From positions 450,442-514,441 of the forward strand of contig JALDAJ010000001.1 in NCBI GenBank assembly GCA_022729235.1: 64,000 nt of DNA, in the 5' to 3' direction. Shown in pieces: positions 10,064 to 19,700 of this stretch. The notes under the pieces are model-generated. The model did no database searches, was not told the DNA's origin, and was given only the letters and a program-made list of their open reading frames with translations. The translations under genes were made by a program, and so were the position numbers. How positions within the stretch are numbered: position 1 is the stretch's first letter; each line of letters starts with the position of its first letter. The stretch comes from Candidatus Nanohalarchaeota archaeon (GTDB lineage: Archaea; Nanohalarchaeota; Nanosalinia; Nanosalinales; Nanosalinaceae).

Positions 10064-10258
10064 ATGGTAGGAAGAAATCCGAAGTATATACCTACAGTTC
10101 AGGAAAAGGATGACGAGTACGCCGACGCTGTAGAAGAAAGAGTTTACGAGCAATTCAAGAGACATCAGGAGGAAACCGATGAACGCTTCGACGTAGAAGC
10201 CGCGCTCGAAAGAGGAAGAGCAAACTCTGGAGTAGGAAGTACACATTTCGATTTTTAA
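10064..10258 (+). CDS. Hypothetical small acidic protein
   Basis: 64-aa ORF preceded by AAGGAGGTGA at optimal spacing. Confidence 0.5.
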   Translation: MVGRNPKYIPTVQEKDDEYADAVEERVYEQFKRHQEETDERFDVEAALERGRANSGVGSTHFDF

Positions 10259-10330
10259 CAGCCAGGTACTCTTTTCCCACATATTTTTCTTTATTCTCTA
10301 TAAAAAGAAAAGAGAAGTAGGGAGAACTGT

Positions 10331-10582
10331 CTAGGCAGCGGTCCTGTAGCCTCCGCTTAGTGCTCCTGCCAGGATGGATGCCGTGACGATAAGTGCGGCG
10401 GAAAGCACCACGAAGTCACCGCTCGGTGCGGCGGCTCCTGTGAACCCTGCCAGCCTGCTTCCCCAGTCAACCACGAAGACGGTGATGAAGAAGGAGATGA
10501 TTCCCAGCAGGATGAGTACCACAAAGGCTACTGCGTTTTCTACAAGGTCGTTTAGGATTCTTGCGACGCTCATGGTTATCAC
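10331..10582 (-). CDS. Small membrane protein (2-3 TM helices)
   Basis: 83-aa hydrophobic ORF. Confidence 0.5.
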   Translation of the reverse strand: MITMSVARILNDLVENAVAFVVLILLGIISFFITVFVVDWGSRLAGFTGAAAPSGDFVVLSAALIVTASILAGALSGGYRTAA

Positions 10583-10648
10583 ACGCCAGGTAAATACTGC
10601 TCAGCCGTTATCAGTATTTGGATTGTTTAGTTTTCGGGAAACACAGAC

Positions 10649-11671
10649 TCAGATGTAGTCAGGCTTCTCGTGACCTATCTCTACTAGAGGGTCGAGCAGT
10701 CCTGGTTCTTCCCTGAAGCGTTCCCTGACGGGTTCGAACCTTTCAACCACGTCTTCCGCGACCGCGTTCTTCAGGTCCTGCGGGTGCAGGTCCTCTGACA
10801 CGAAGTCTTCCTCCAGCTCTCCGTACTCGCTGTACTGGACGTCTCCGCCGTATTCTTCTGGTCTCTCAATTTCAAGGGCGCGGTCTGCGCCGAAAATGAA
10901 GTACTTCGCGATCTCAAGCACAGGGTTGTCCTCCGCCTCACCCTGCGGGCAGTAACCGCCCTGTATCACATCACGTATGTGCGAGGGATCGGCGTGCAGT
11001 GGGAACATGGTCTCTTTCTTGGACGACGACATCTTGTCGCCTGTCCCGCTTAGAGAGGCAAGCATCGGCCAGTGGAGACAGGTTGGTTTCCGGTGACCGA
11101 GCTTCGGCAGTTTCTCGCGGGCAAGCATGTGGATCTTTCTCTGGTCGATACCCGCGACCGCGAGGTCCAGGTCGAGGTATTCTATATCCAGCGCCTGCAT
11201 CAAAGGGTAAATTATCTGGGAGATGTAAGGGTTGTCCTTGTCGCGGGCGACTTCCGCCATCGACCTTGTTCCACGGTTGATAGTAGTTTCTTTAGCCATC
11301 TCCAGGATGTCGTGGAAGTACTCGGTCTTCTCCTGGAAACTTCTTCCTCGGGTGTACTCTGCATCCAGCCCCAGCGCTTCAAACGTCGCCTGCCAGTAGT
11401 CCATCATCGCCTCTATCCATTCCTCCCCGCCTTTCTTGTTGAGGTATGTGTGCAGGTCCGCCCAGAGGATGACCGGCTGGAAACCCGCTTTCTGCAGGTC
11501 GAGCATCTTCCTGACGGATATCCAGTGCCCGAGGTGTACAGGACCCGAGGTCTCGTACCCGACGTAGCACCTGGGCGTATCTTTTTCTTCAAGTATTTCA
11601 TCCAGTTCTTCTTCCTGAACTATCTCCTCTGTGTTGCGCAGAACCAGCTCTTTACGTTCCTCGGTGTCCAT
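10649..11671 (-). CDS. tyrS: Tyrosyl-tRNA synthetase (archaeal type)
   Basis: 340 aa with class I motifs: HLGH (as PVHLGHW) and KMSSS. Confidence 0.95.
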   Translation of the reverse strand: MDTEERKELVLRNTEEIVQEEELDEILEEKDTPRCYVGYETSGPVHLGHWISVRKMLDLQKAGFQPVILWADLHTYLNKKGGEEWIEAMMDYWQATFEALGLDAEYTRGRSFQEKTEYFHDILEMAKETTINRGTRSMAEVARDKDNPYISQIIYPLMQALDIEYLDLDLAVAGIDQRKIHMLAREKLPKLGHRKPTCLHWPMLASLSGTGDKMSSSKKETMFPLHADPSHIRDVIQGGYCPQGEAEDNPVLEIAKYFIFGADRALEIERPEEYGGDVQYSEYGELEEDFVSEDLHPQDLKNAVAEDVVERFEPVRERFREEPGLLDPLVEIGHEKPDYI

Positions 11672-11722
11672 AACAGGTGAGAAGTAGGGTAGAAACGTTA
11701 AAACTGTTATTGGGAATCTCTG

Positions 11723-12601
11723 TCAAATCTCGAAGCCGTTAGAGATCAAGTTCTGGAGTCCTTCTATCCACTCCTCAAAACTGTCCCTCTTCTCATTTCT
11801 GTAGTTCCAATCGCCTGCTTTCGCACTCTGAATCACGGCCATTGCTCTGTAGCTTAAAGGCAGGTCCTTGAACTTCTCGTAATTTCTGTCTGATTCCTGA
11901 CTGTATCCTCTGAGAAATGCTTCCGCTCTATCTCTGTCGCCGTCAGCTAAGCCTAGTGTTGCGTATGCGAGATCAAAGCGGAAGTCGCCTAGACGGGAGT
12001 CATCGAAGTCTATTGCTTTCACTTCTTCATTTTGAAGTATCAGGTTGTCTGGAGTGTAGTCGAGGTGAAGAACTGTGCTTTTAGGTTCTTCTGGTATGTT
12101 ATTGAAGTCGATATTTTCTGCCGCTTTTTCCATTATTTCTGAGAAATGATTATTTTCCACCGTGTCAAGTGAGTCTTCTAGCCATTCCTCTACGAAGTCT
12201 CTCCATTTCGAATGCGAACCTTTGAAATTTTGTTCTGGATCTGGTTTGCCGTATCTGGTGAAGTTAACAGAGTGAAGCTTTGCAAGGGTTCTTCCGGATT
12301 CTTCAATCGCTTTCTGGTATCTGTCCTCTCCTTTGAGCTGCGAAAGACACTCTCCTTTCAATCTCTCGAAAACTGCGTGTAGAGGGCCCTCCCCTTCATA
12401 TTCAACTGAGGGAACCGGTGCTCCACCTCTCTTAAGTGTATCCATTAGGTAAAGACTTCTTCGGAAGCTTTCTTCGTATCTAGGAACTTGAAGGATGTAG
12501 TCTCCTACTATGAATGTTTCGTTCACTACTCCCTCTTCTACCTCTTCATATTCTACTGAATCGGATTCAACCGCTTCAAGTAAGTTTTCAGGTTCAACCA
12601 T
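11723..12601 (-). CDS. APH/choline-kinase-fold phosphotransferase
   Basis: HLDYTPDNLI (catalytic loop HxDxxxxN) and IDFDDS (DFD metal-binding motif). Confidence 0.7.
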   Translation of the reverse strand: MVEPENLLEAVESDSVEYEEVEEGVVNETFIVGDYILQVPRYEESFRRSLYLMDTLKRGGAPVPSVEYEGEGPLHAVFERLKGECLSQLKGEDRYQKAIEESGRTLAKLHSVNFTRYGKPDPEQNFKGSHSKWRDFVEEWLEDSLDTVENNHFSEIMEKAAENIDFNNIPEEPKSTVLHLDYTPDNLILQNEEVKAIDFDDSRLGDFRFDLAYATLGLADGDRDRAEAFLRGYSQESDRNYEKFKDLPLSYRAMAVIQSAKAGDWNYRNEKRDSFEEWIEGLQNLISNGFEI

Positions 12602-12643
12602 ATGATGTTGTTATCGATATATAATAAAAAACTAATGGCAGGG

Positions 12644-14431
12644 TTACCGCGGCATAGGTTCCACGGGCGTCCTGTACCGGTCGTCCCGCTCCCGGGCGAG
12701 CTCAATACTGTCCACTCTGTTGTAGTCGAGATCTTTCTTCACGATGCGATCTCTCTCGATGAAGTAAAGATTCTCACCAATGTGGAAAAGCTGGTTCGAG
12801 CTTGACTCAACCTCTACGAGCTCGATACCGCTGTCGCTGACCTCCACAAGCGGCGAGCTGCTACCTCTAACGGGCATCAATGTCTGGTTCTCAACGCCTA
12901 CAGGATCTCCGAGTCGGTAGTACCTGCCCTCCAGTGTCTCGGAGTGCAGTTCTTCCAGGTCTGAGTCAAGGACTTTGATGTGCGACTCCAGGACTTCTTC
13001 GGCGGAGCGGTCGTCCGCCCGGATTTCAAGCTCCATCTCTTCAGTGACCTCTCCTTGCTCAATAACGGTCACTCGGTCGCCGTGGATCTGGAAGCTCCGG
13101 AGGTTACCTTCCCACTCCTCGACAGTTTCGAGATTCTGGTCAAGCTTCTCCAGCCCTTCCCGGGTCTCTAGCAGTACGCCGTCTCCAAGGGTCTCGATAC
13201 TACTTATAATTCCGTCGAAGTCCTCATGGGTCTCCACGACTTCAAAGTCTTCCACGCGGTGGATGTCTCGTTCGCTTGTCCGGCTGATACCTCTTACCTC
13301 GGAGGTCGCTATAACCGAGTCCCCGGCATCTTCGATGTCTCTGATCTGTCCCTCGATTTCCAGGCTCTCACTCTCGAGTTCACTGTTGAACCTGAGGACG
13401 TGACTGGTCTCGTACTCTCTCATATTTCGCTCGTCCCAGTCCTCCATGTCTTGCTCAAGGGCGTCCATCACTTCTTCTCCTTCTCTCTCGACAAGATTCT
13501 CCATCGCTCTCTCGATTTCTATCTGCATACTCCTGTCGGAGATGTCGTAGCCCTTTAGTTCTTCTATCCTGTTCTTGAGTTCCTGGTCTGCGGTACTGGA
13601 GTCCAGGAGCATCTCTGCGACTACTTCTGATTCATCTATCCGGTCGGAGTAGGAAGCATATACCTCGTTAGGGGTCACTTCTATCTCCGTCCTCCAGTCA
13701 GCTGTGAACGCTGCTGTCTCCTCTATCTCGCCTGTTTTCGCGTCAACTTTCATTATGTTGTAGGTGTAGTCCGCGCTGGAGCCAGGATGGTAGTATACGC
13801 TGGAGCACGCGACTTCTACTCCTCTCGCGGGTCTTACAGGACACGGGGCTTCACTATCGATACGCTCTCTGGTGACGACGGTCAGGGTGTCGCCTGAATA
13901 TCTCACGGTTTCAAGTCGTGAATCGGTTTCAAGGCTCCATTCTTCTTCAAGACTGTTTTTGTGGTATGCGGTCACGTTACTGCCTACTGATATCACAAGA
14001 TCTTCATGAAGCAGTAGTTCGCCGCCGATACTGGACTCGTTGAACTCTAGGTTAAGGTCGGTATCTACGATGTGGAGATGCTCGGGATAGCGCGAGCTGT
14101 AGTAAATGCTTTCGCCGTCTTCCACTACGTATTCCGGCTCAACTACATCGATCTCTTCACCTTCAGCCTCGCTTACTGCGTATCTCTCTGATACCTCGGC
14201 GCTGAGTTCTTCGGTCTGGATAGTTTCGGTGGCAGAGTCTTGTGCGTAACCGGTGGTAGAAGAGTCCTCGTCACCTGATTCCAGGTAGCTCCTGAACTCT
14301 TCCTCCGACTCGAACGTATCAATATTATCGCCGTCGAATTCAAAGTCTCCGCCAGGGGAGTATAACAGGGTTAGACCGATAACCGCCACGAATGCGACGG
14401 AAAGAGTCGATGCAAGAACTTTTCTGTCCAT
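12644..14431 (-). CDS. Secreted/anchored highly acidic protein of unknown function
   Basis: 595 aa with an N-terminal signal/anchor (LASTLSVAFVAVIGLTLLY) and an extremely D/E-rich body. Confidence 0.75.
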   Translation of the reverse strand: MDRKVLASTLSVAFVAVIGLTLLYSPGGDFEFDGDNIDTFESEEEFRSYLESGDEDSSTTGYAQDSATETIQTEELSAEVSERYAVSEAEGEEIDVVEPEYVVEDGESIYYSSRYPEHLHIVDTDLNLEFNESSIGGELLLHEDLVISVGSNVTAYHKNSLEEEWSLETDSRLETVRYSGDTLTVVTRERIDSEAPCPVRPARGVEVACSSVYYHPGSSADYTYNIMKVDAKTGEIEETAAFTADWRTEIEVTPNEVYASYSDRIDESEVVAEMLLDSSTADQELKNRIEELKGYDISDRSMQIEIERAMENLVEREGEEVMDALEQDMEDWDERNMREYETSHVLRFNSELESESLEIEGQIRDIEDAGDSVIATSEVRGISRTSERDIHRVEDFEVVETHEDFDGIISSIETLGDGVLLETREGLEKLDQNLETVEEWEGNLRSFQIHGDRVTVIEQGEVTEEMELEIRADDRSAEEVLESHIKVLDSDLEELHSETLEGRYYRLGDPVGVENQTLMPVRGSSSPLVEVSDSGIELVEVESSSNQLFHIGENLYFIERDRIVKKDLDYNRVDSIELARERDDRYRTPVEPMPR

Positions 14432-14708
14432 AACAATAACTTGTGTGTCTCACTTGCTTTTTAAATCAGGTCAATACGTTCGAGACAGGTCGAACGTAAA
14501 ATAGCTCTCTAGCCAATCTGACAATAAGTAGTAGAGGCATCTATACTAGAGGGGTATCAGGACTATTGTCATCATCCCACGGATTATCTGGTCTTTCAGT
14601 TTGAAAGCCGAGACCGTTGCTATAATCTATAATCACTGTATCCAGATTTGCGGGGTCTAGGTCTTCTTCGTAGTCTACCATAGTATTGTCTCGATAATGT
14701 AGTAGGAT

Positions 14709-15245
14709 TTAAGTACTCTCCCTCGAAACGTCGACTACTTCCGCACTGGTAACATCTTCAAGTTCTCCGGGGTCGATAGTGACTCCTACTACCCGGGAGC
14801 CGGCGGCGGGCTTCACCTTTCTGTGCTCCAGTATGGATTCTTCCATGTAGACGGGTATCTCAAGGTCAAACGGGGATACTCCTCCTACGTGGTAGCCGGT
14901 TGCGTCTCGTACCTCATCGGGTTTTGCCATCCGTATATCGTTCTCGCCTGCGGCATCCCTGAGTTTCTCCTCGCTGACCCGGGCGTGACCGGGACATAGG
15001 ACGGCTACAGGTTCGTCTCCGGCGATGAAGACCAGGGTCTTGACAATTTTCTCCTCGTCAACTCCGGTATTCTCCGCTGATTCTTCTACTGTTTCTGCCT
15101 TTGCGTGGATAACGAAATCGGCGTCCACGCAGTTCTCCTCGACATCGTTGATGGCGCGTTTGACGTTTTCCAGGTCGTCCCTCATGAAACCGATCCATTC
15201 CTCCAGCTCTTCCGGAGTCTGCTCGAAGTAGTTGTTCATAGCCAT
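14709..15245 (-). CDS. YbaK/ProX-type aminoacyl-tRNA deacylase domain protein
   Basis: GYHVGGVSPF motif and the CPGHARV region typical of YbaK/ProX editing domains. Confidence 0.8.
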   Translation of the reverse strand: MAMNNYFEQTPEELEEWIGFMRDDLENVKRAINDVEENCVDADFVIHAKAETVEESAENTGVDEEKIVKTLVFIAGDEPVAVLCPGHARVSEEKLRDAAGENDIRMAKPDEVRDATGYHVGGVSPFDLEIPVYMEESILEHRKVKPAAGSRVVGVTIDPGELEDVTSAEVVDVSREST

Positions 15246-15284
15246 CGATTCAATTGAAAACTTTTGAAACCATAACTCTTCTCT

Positions 15285-16301
15285 ATGATAGAGATCGATG
15301 GCAGGAAGGGCGGAGGACAGATGCTACGTAGCTCGCTCGCGCTCTCCATGGTAACAGGTGAAGAGTTCAGGATTGAGAACATCAGAGGCTCCCGACCTAA
15401 TCCTGGGCTGAAGAGACAGCACCTTGAGGCAGTGAAAGCGGCTGCAAAGCTCTGCAACGCTGATACCTCGGGAGTGAGAGACGGTTCGACAGAGATAGAG
15501 TTCTCGCCGGGCGAGTTAAACAGTGAAGGGTTCACGGTCAACATAGGGACAGCCGGAAGCGTCACCCTCCTGCTTGACACTGTTTTACCTGTAACCACAC
15601 AGGTCAACAAAGATTTCCGGTTAGAGGTGAAGGGCGGGACTGACGTGAAGTGGTCTCCGACGGTCTCCTACTACCGCGATGTCAAGATACCTCTACTGCA
15701 GGGTTTCGGAGCGGACGCGTCGCTTGACGTGGAAAGAACAGGTTTCTACCCGAAGGGAGGAGGGTGCGTGAAACTTGAGACATCACCGTTCTCCATGGAC
15801 CCGCTGGATATAACGGCTAGAGGTGAGCTGGAGCGTTTCGAAGTATACTCAAAAGCGTCGGGAGACCTTGAACGGCAGGACGTGGCGGACCGACAGGCAT
15901 CGGAAACGGCGAGAAAGCTGAAGAACTCTCATATATCGGTTCCTGTTGAGAAGAAGGTCGAGTACGCGGAAGCTGCCTCGACCGGCTCCTCACTCTGTTT
16001 AAAGGCAGTCTACGAGGACTCTATCGCGGGATTCGACGCGCTCGGTGAGAAAGGGAAGCGGGCGGAAAAGGTCGCGCATGACGTGGTTCAGGACTTCAAA
16101 TCGTTCCATGCTTCTGATGCAGCGGTTGACCCATACATGGCTGACCAGGTGATAGTCTTCCTCGCGCTAGTGGGTGGAGAAGTAGCTATACCTGAAGCTA
16201 CTGACCATGTACAGACATCTCTAGAGGTCGTGAGAAAGTTCGGGATGGATATTGAGGTCGAGTCAAGAGGAAAGGAGGCTGTTCTAGTCGGAGGCAGCTG
16301 A
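15285..16301 (+). CDS. rtcA: RNA 3'-terminal phosphate cyclase
   Basis: N-terminus IDGRKGGGQMLRSSLALSMVTG, PGLKRQHLEAVKAAAKLC and 338 aa closely match the RtcA family. Confidence 0.9.
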   Translation: MIEIDGRKGGGQMLRSSLALSMVTGEEFRIENIRGSRPNPGLKRQHLEAVKAAAKLCNADTSGVRDGSTEIEFSPGELNSEGFTVNIGTAGSVTLLLDTVLPVTTQVNKDFRLEVKGGTDVKWSPTVSYYRDVKIPLLQGFGADASLDVERTGFYPKGGGCVKLETSPFSMDPLDITARGELERFEVYSKASGDLERQDVADRQASETARKLKNSHISVPVEKKVEYAEAASTGSSLCLKAVYEDSIAGFDALGEKGKRAEKVAHDVVQDFKSFHASDAAVDPYMADQVIVFLALVGGEVAIPEATDHVQTSLEVVRKFGMDIEVESRGKEAVLVGGS

Positions 16302-17378
16302 CTCGTTTTCTTCCTGTATAGCTGCTTCGATTCTGTCCTGCATAGTCAGACCTTCTTCTTTCATCAAGACCTTCCATTCGGGTTCTGTGATCATCTCTTC
16401 GTTGTGAGGTACTCCCTGCTCTTCGAGAAGATCCTGGTCTACCCTTTCTACGCCTATATCCTCTCCCTCAACGAGTTTCTGGGCTGCCTGCGTGAGCAGG
16501 GTGTTTGCCATATCTCTTTCAAATCTCAGGTGCTGGAACAGTTCGTCCTCATCAAAGTCAAATGACAGGATGTCGATATTATCTTCATCGAACGAGTTCA
16601 CCTGGATGCTTGAACCGGGTATATCGGCGTCGGCGTGGGGCTCCATTTGGTAGTTGCCCTGTAAGGCGCCTCCGCTATTGACCACGGTATAGAATATCTG
16701 GCGAGGGAACTCGGTATGGGAGTGTGCGTGGCTTACCATGTCGAAAACGTTCTCGTCTTTAGAGGGGTACCCGAGCGGCTGCCTGATATCGCTGTCGCTT
16801 TCGAGGAGGTAGAACGGTCCGATATCGTGTTCCATGTAGTACTCCTCGTTGTCCCAGAAGTTCACCGTAAAAAAATCCTGCATGGCATCTTCATCTGTTC
16901 TTCGAGGATGGTGAGCGAACGCGATGTTGTGACCTTTTATGTTCGTCTGGAAACCGCCTTCCTCGATGCGCACGATATCGTACATATCTTCGATCTTATC
17001 TCTCTCCGAGTAATAGCCCTGGTCTTTCCTATCCTCGTCTCCCGGTATCATTACAACTTCGATATCTAGTTCACTGATTTCATCCAGGAAACCTTCTACT
17101 GCAGCTGTCCCGCCGGAGTCTCCTTTGTCACATATTAAATTGATATCGTACTGCTCGATGTATGGTGTTATGTCCTCGGCCAGTTCACGTCCTGATTCAC
17201 GAGTGTTTTTGTCGCCGTAAAGATGTGCGTCTGAGATGTTCAGAATGTTATAACGAGAGGATTCGTTGAAAAAGTCCGGTCTGTAGACTGGATCACCCGC
17301 TGTAAAAAGCTTTTCTTTACCCGGATCAATGAGGCTTCCATCTGTTCCGAACACTGACAGGAGCGATTGATACTCCAT
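16284..17378 (-). CDS. Calcineurin-like metallophosphoesterase
   Basis: Motifs ISDAHLYGD (DxH), DKGDSGG (GD), MIPGDEDR, AFAHHPRR and MVSHAHSH (GHxH-like). Convergent with rtcA, overlapping it by 18 nt. Confidence 0.7.
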   Translation of the reverse strand: MEYQSLLSVFGTDGSLIDPGKEKLFTAGDPVYRPDFFNESSRYNILNISDAHLYGDKNTRESGRELAEDITPYIEQYDINLICDKGDSGGTAAVEGFLDEISELDIEVVMIPGDEDRKDQGYYSERDKIEDMYDIVRIEEGGFQTNIKGHNIAFAHHPRRTDEDAMQDFFTVNFWDNEEYYMEHDIGPFYLLESDSDIRQPLGYPSKDENVFDMVSHAHSHTEFPRQIFYTVVNSGGALQGNYQMEPHADADIPGSSIQVNSFDEDNIDILSFDFDEDELFQHLRFERDMANTLLTQAAQKLVEGEDIGVERVDQDLLEEQGVPHNEEMITEPEWKVLMKEEGLTMQDRIEAAIQEENESAASD

Positions 17379-17449
17379 CTATGTATGTACTGTAGTACAA
17401 GGGTTCAAGTAATTTCTGGATAAAGAAAAGAGGAGGGGTAAAGAGGTTT

Positions 17450-17869
17450 TTACTCGATATCGATTTCTCTACTGTCGTCTTCTTCCTCTATTTCAGCAGT
17501 GACTGTGAGGACGCCGTCGCTGTACTCGGCGGTGATCGATTCCGGGTCGACCGTGGTAGGCCAGGGAACGGTCCGTCTGTAAGTCCTTCTAGCTCTTTCT
17601 CTCCTGAAGTATTTCTCGTTCTCCTCCTCAACTTCCTCAGAGCCTTCCGCAGCGATTTCGAGCGTGTCTTTGTCCGCTTTCAGGCTAAGGTTTTCTTTGT
17701 TAATACCAGGCAGGTCTGCCTTTACGATTATCTCGCCGTCGTCCTTGTGGACATCAACAGGGACGCCGCTGAGACCGGTAAGGTCTCTGCCCATGTCCTG
17801 GAACTCTTCGAAAATGTTTTGCATCCTGTCTGTAAGGTCGTCGAAAGGGTCTCGTCTCATCCGTCTCAT
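17450..17869 (-). CDS. Small heat shock protein Hsp20/alpha-crystallin family
   Basis: Alpha-crystallin domain: PVDVHKDDGEIIVKADLPG ... GVLTVTA. Confidence 0.9.
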   Translation of the reverse strand: MRRMRRDPFDDLTDRMQNIFEEFQDMGRDLTGLSGVPVDVHKDDGEIIVKADLPGINKENLSLKADKDTLEIAAEGSEEVEEENEKYFRRERARRTYRRTVPWPTTVDPESITAEYSDGVLTVTAEIEEEDDSREIDIE

Positions 17870-18091
17870 TGTAAAATCACCATGGTTTTAATTACGTCGT
17901 TAAAAATTTATTTGTTTCTCTGAATTGAGGACCACTCCCTTTTCTTTGAACACCGTAAATCTATTAAGCCTCCGTATTACAGGATATAATATGCCTGAGG
18001 CGCTCGGAAAGGATGAAAGCAAGGGATTCTCGATGAAGGATGTTGAGGATAGAGTTGAAAGAGATTTTGAAAATTTCAAGAAGGCTGTTAA

Positions 18092-18472
18092 TCAGTACTT
18101 CTCTGAAAAGTAACTTTTGATCTCTTCAGAGTTTTCTCTTAGTATCTCTAGCTGCCTTTTCTGGTAACTTCCTTTCTTTGGAACGGTTGTGTAGTAAAAT
18201 ACCGCTTCTTCTTCGGGCAAAACAATGCATAAGGCACGATACTCTGCGCTCATGGCGGAAAAGCGGATTTCGGCGATAGTTAATCTGTCTAAACTGATTA
18301 TGTCTTGGAACCTCCTCCTTAAGCCAGCCATGTTCTGACTCCATCTGATCTGTCGTTCCTTATCTTTCAGGGATTTTTCCAGCCTATCCGATACGTGGTT
18401 AGAGAAGTCGTCTGAAGCGTTATCGATTTGTTCATCCGTCCAAACAAGGTCGAATCCCATACATTTGCTCAT
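18092..18472 (-). CDS. Hypothetical protein
   Basis: 126-aa ORF with no recognisable motif. Confidence 0.5.
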   Translation of the reverse strand: MSKCMGFDLVWTDEQIDNASDDFSNHVSDRLEKSLKDKERQIRWSQNMAGLRRRFQDIISLDRLTIAEIRFSAMSAEYRALCIVLPEEEAVFYYTTVPKKGSYQKRQLEILRENSEEIKSYFSEKY

Positions 18473-18571
18473 CTGAGTATGTTAATAATGCTTTCAGGTT
18501 TTATAGGTATTATATCCTGTTATATGGGCATGATATGCGATTTTAAATTATTAAAACGTTTGAAGACGGAT

Positions 18572-18769
18572 TTAACCGTTGCTTTCCTCGTTTTTGACCT
18601 GTTCCTTCAAAAATCTTAACTGGCCGTGTATCTCTTCCAGTATTTTTTCAGCGCGCTCCTGCTTATCCTGTAGAGTCCCTTTTGCGTCCTCGTCTTTCAC
18701 TTCCTGGAAGTCGTGCTCCAGTTCTCCTATGTCGTCTTCCAGTTCGTCTATTACATCTTCCGGACCCAT
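18572..18769 (-). CDS. Hypothetical small acidic coiled-coil protein
   Basis: 65-aa ORF, divergent from the wHTH gene. Confidence 0.35.
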   Translation of the reverse strand: MGPEDVIDELEDDIGELEHDFQEVKDEDAKGTLQDKQERAEKILEEIHGQLRFLKEQVKNEESNG

Positions 18770-18805
18770 GAAAGCTTTTTCTACTGCCTTGTTTAAACCG
18801 TTTAT

Positions 18806-19015
18806 ATGCAGAGAGCCTCGGAGGTAAGAGAGAAAGCCCGCGAACTGGTGGAAAACGGTGGTCGCCCGTCCGCACTGAAGCTGTCGCAGGAGCTAGGTTT
18901 CACGGAAAGCGATATCCACCGCTGCCTCAACTTCCTGGAGCGGCAGGGCGAGGTCGAAACGTATACACGGGAAGTATTCGGTCGTAAACACAGGATGGTC
19001 GGGGTTAAGAGGTAG
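18806..19015 (+). CDS. Small winged-helix DNA-binding protein
   Basis: 69 aa. LKLSQELGFTESDIHRCLNFLERQGEVE resembles a wHTH recognition helix plus wing. Confidence 0.5.
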   Translation: MQRASEVREKARELVENGGRPSALKLSQELGFTESDIHRCLNFLERQGEVETYTREVFGRKHRMVGVKR

Positions 19016-19185
19016 AGCGAAAGCATTAGTTTCTGTACAATATATTCTATAATAGGACTAAAAGCTTCTAAAATGTTTTTAAGACTTATTTGACCTGTTT
19101 CTGTGGTTCAAAACTTTAGAAATTTCTTAAATGATGTTTTTGTAACTATATGGTGTAGAGATAGTTCCGGCTTTGAGGTGTTAAT

Positions 19186-19479
19186 TTGAAAGTAATAGAT
19201 ATCGAGGACAAGTTCGGCAACAGAATCTGTTTGACCAGGGAAAGATGGAATCACGCCTTGAAACACAAAATACCGAATTTAGATCATTTAGAATCCTGCC
19301 TGCAGAACCCGGTTGAGGTAAGAAAAAGTAAGTACGACGAGGATGCAAGACTTTACTACAGGAAACTAGGTGGCGAATACGTCTGTGTTGTAGTCCAGAT
19401 TGAAGATGGATTTATAATGACTGCATACACAACCGAAGGCATGAAGGAGGGTGAAACCGTATGGAAGCAGAAGAAATAA
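19186..19479 (+). CDS. DUF4258-like protein (putative toxin component)
   Basis: 97 aa with a TTG start after GAGGTG. ERWNHALKHK and the YVCVVVQIEDGFIMTAY block match the DUF4258 consensus. Overlaps the downstream DUF2283 gene by 19 nt. Confidence 0.55.
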   Translation: MKVIDIEDKFGNRICLTRERWNHALKHKIPNLDHLESCLQNPVEVRKSKYDEDARLYYRKLGGEYVCVVVQIEDGFIMTAYTTEGMKEGETVWKQKK

Positions 19480-19691
19480 GATACGACCAGAAAGCTGATG
19501 TACTGTACATATGGGCGAAGAATCCTGAAGAAGTTGATCGCGTAACAAGCGAGGAAACAGGGGACGAGATTACAGTAGAAAAGGATGCTGAGACAGGAGA
19601 GGTAATAGGGGTAACGATAATGCACTTCAGCAAGAGAGATGACGCGATTGAAGGAATAAAAATTTCCGATACAGAGCTTTCACCTGCATAA
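19461..19691 (+). CDS. DUF2283-like protein (putative antitoxin component)
   Basis: IRYDQKADVLYIWAK...GEVIGVTIMHFS matches the DUF2283 signature (YDxEADALYI...GxIVGIEI). Confidence 0.6.
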   Translation: MEAEEIRYDQKADVLYIWAKNPEEVDRVTSEETGDEITVEKDAETGEVIGVTIMHFSKRDDAIEGIKISDTELSPA

Positions 19692-19700
19692 CACGTTTTT

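Noticed and set aside
14541-14681. 46-aa acidic minus-strand ORF (MVDYEEDLDPANLDTVIIDYSNGLGFQTERPDNPWDDDNSPDTPLV) downstream of the YbaK gene
   Set aside because: No RBS, promoter or motif support. It may be real, but the evidence is too thin to call.
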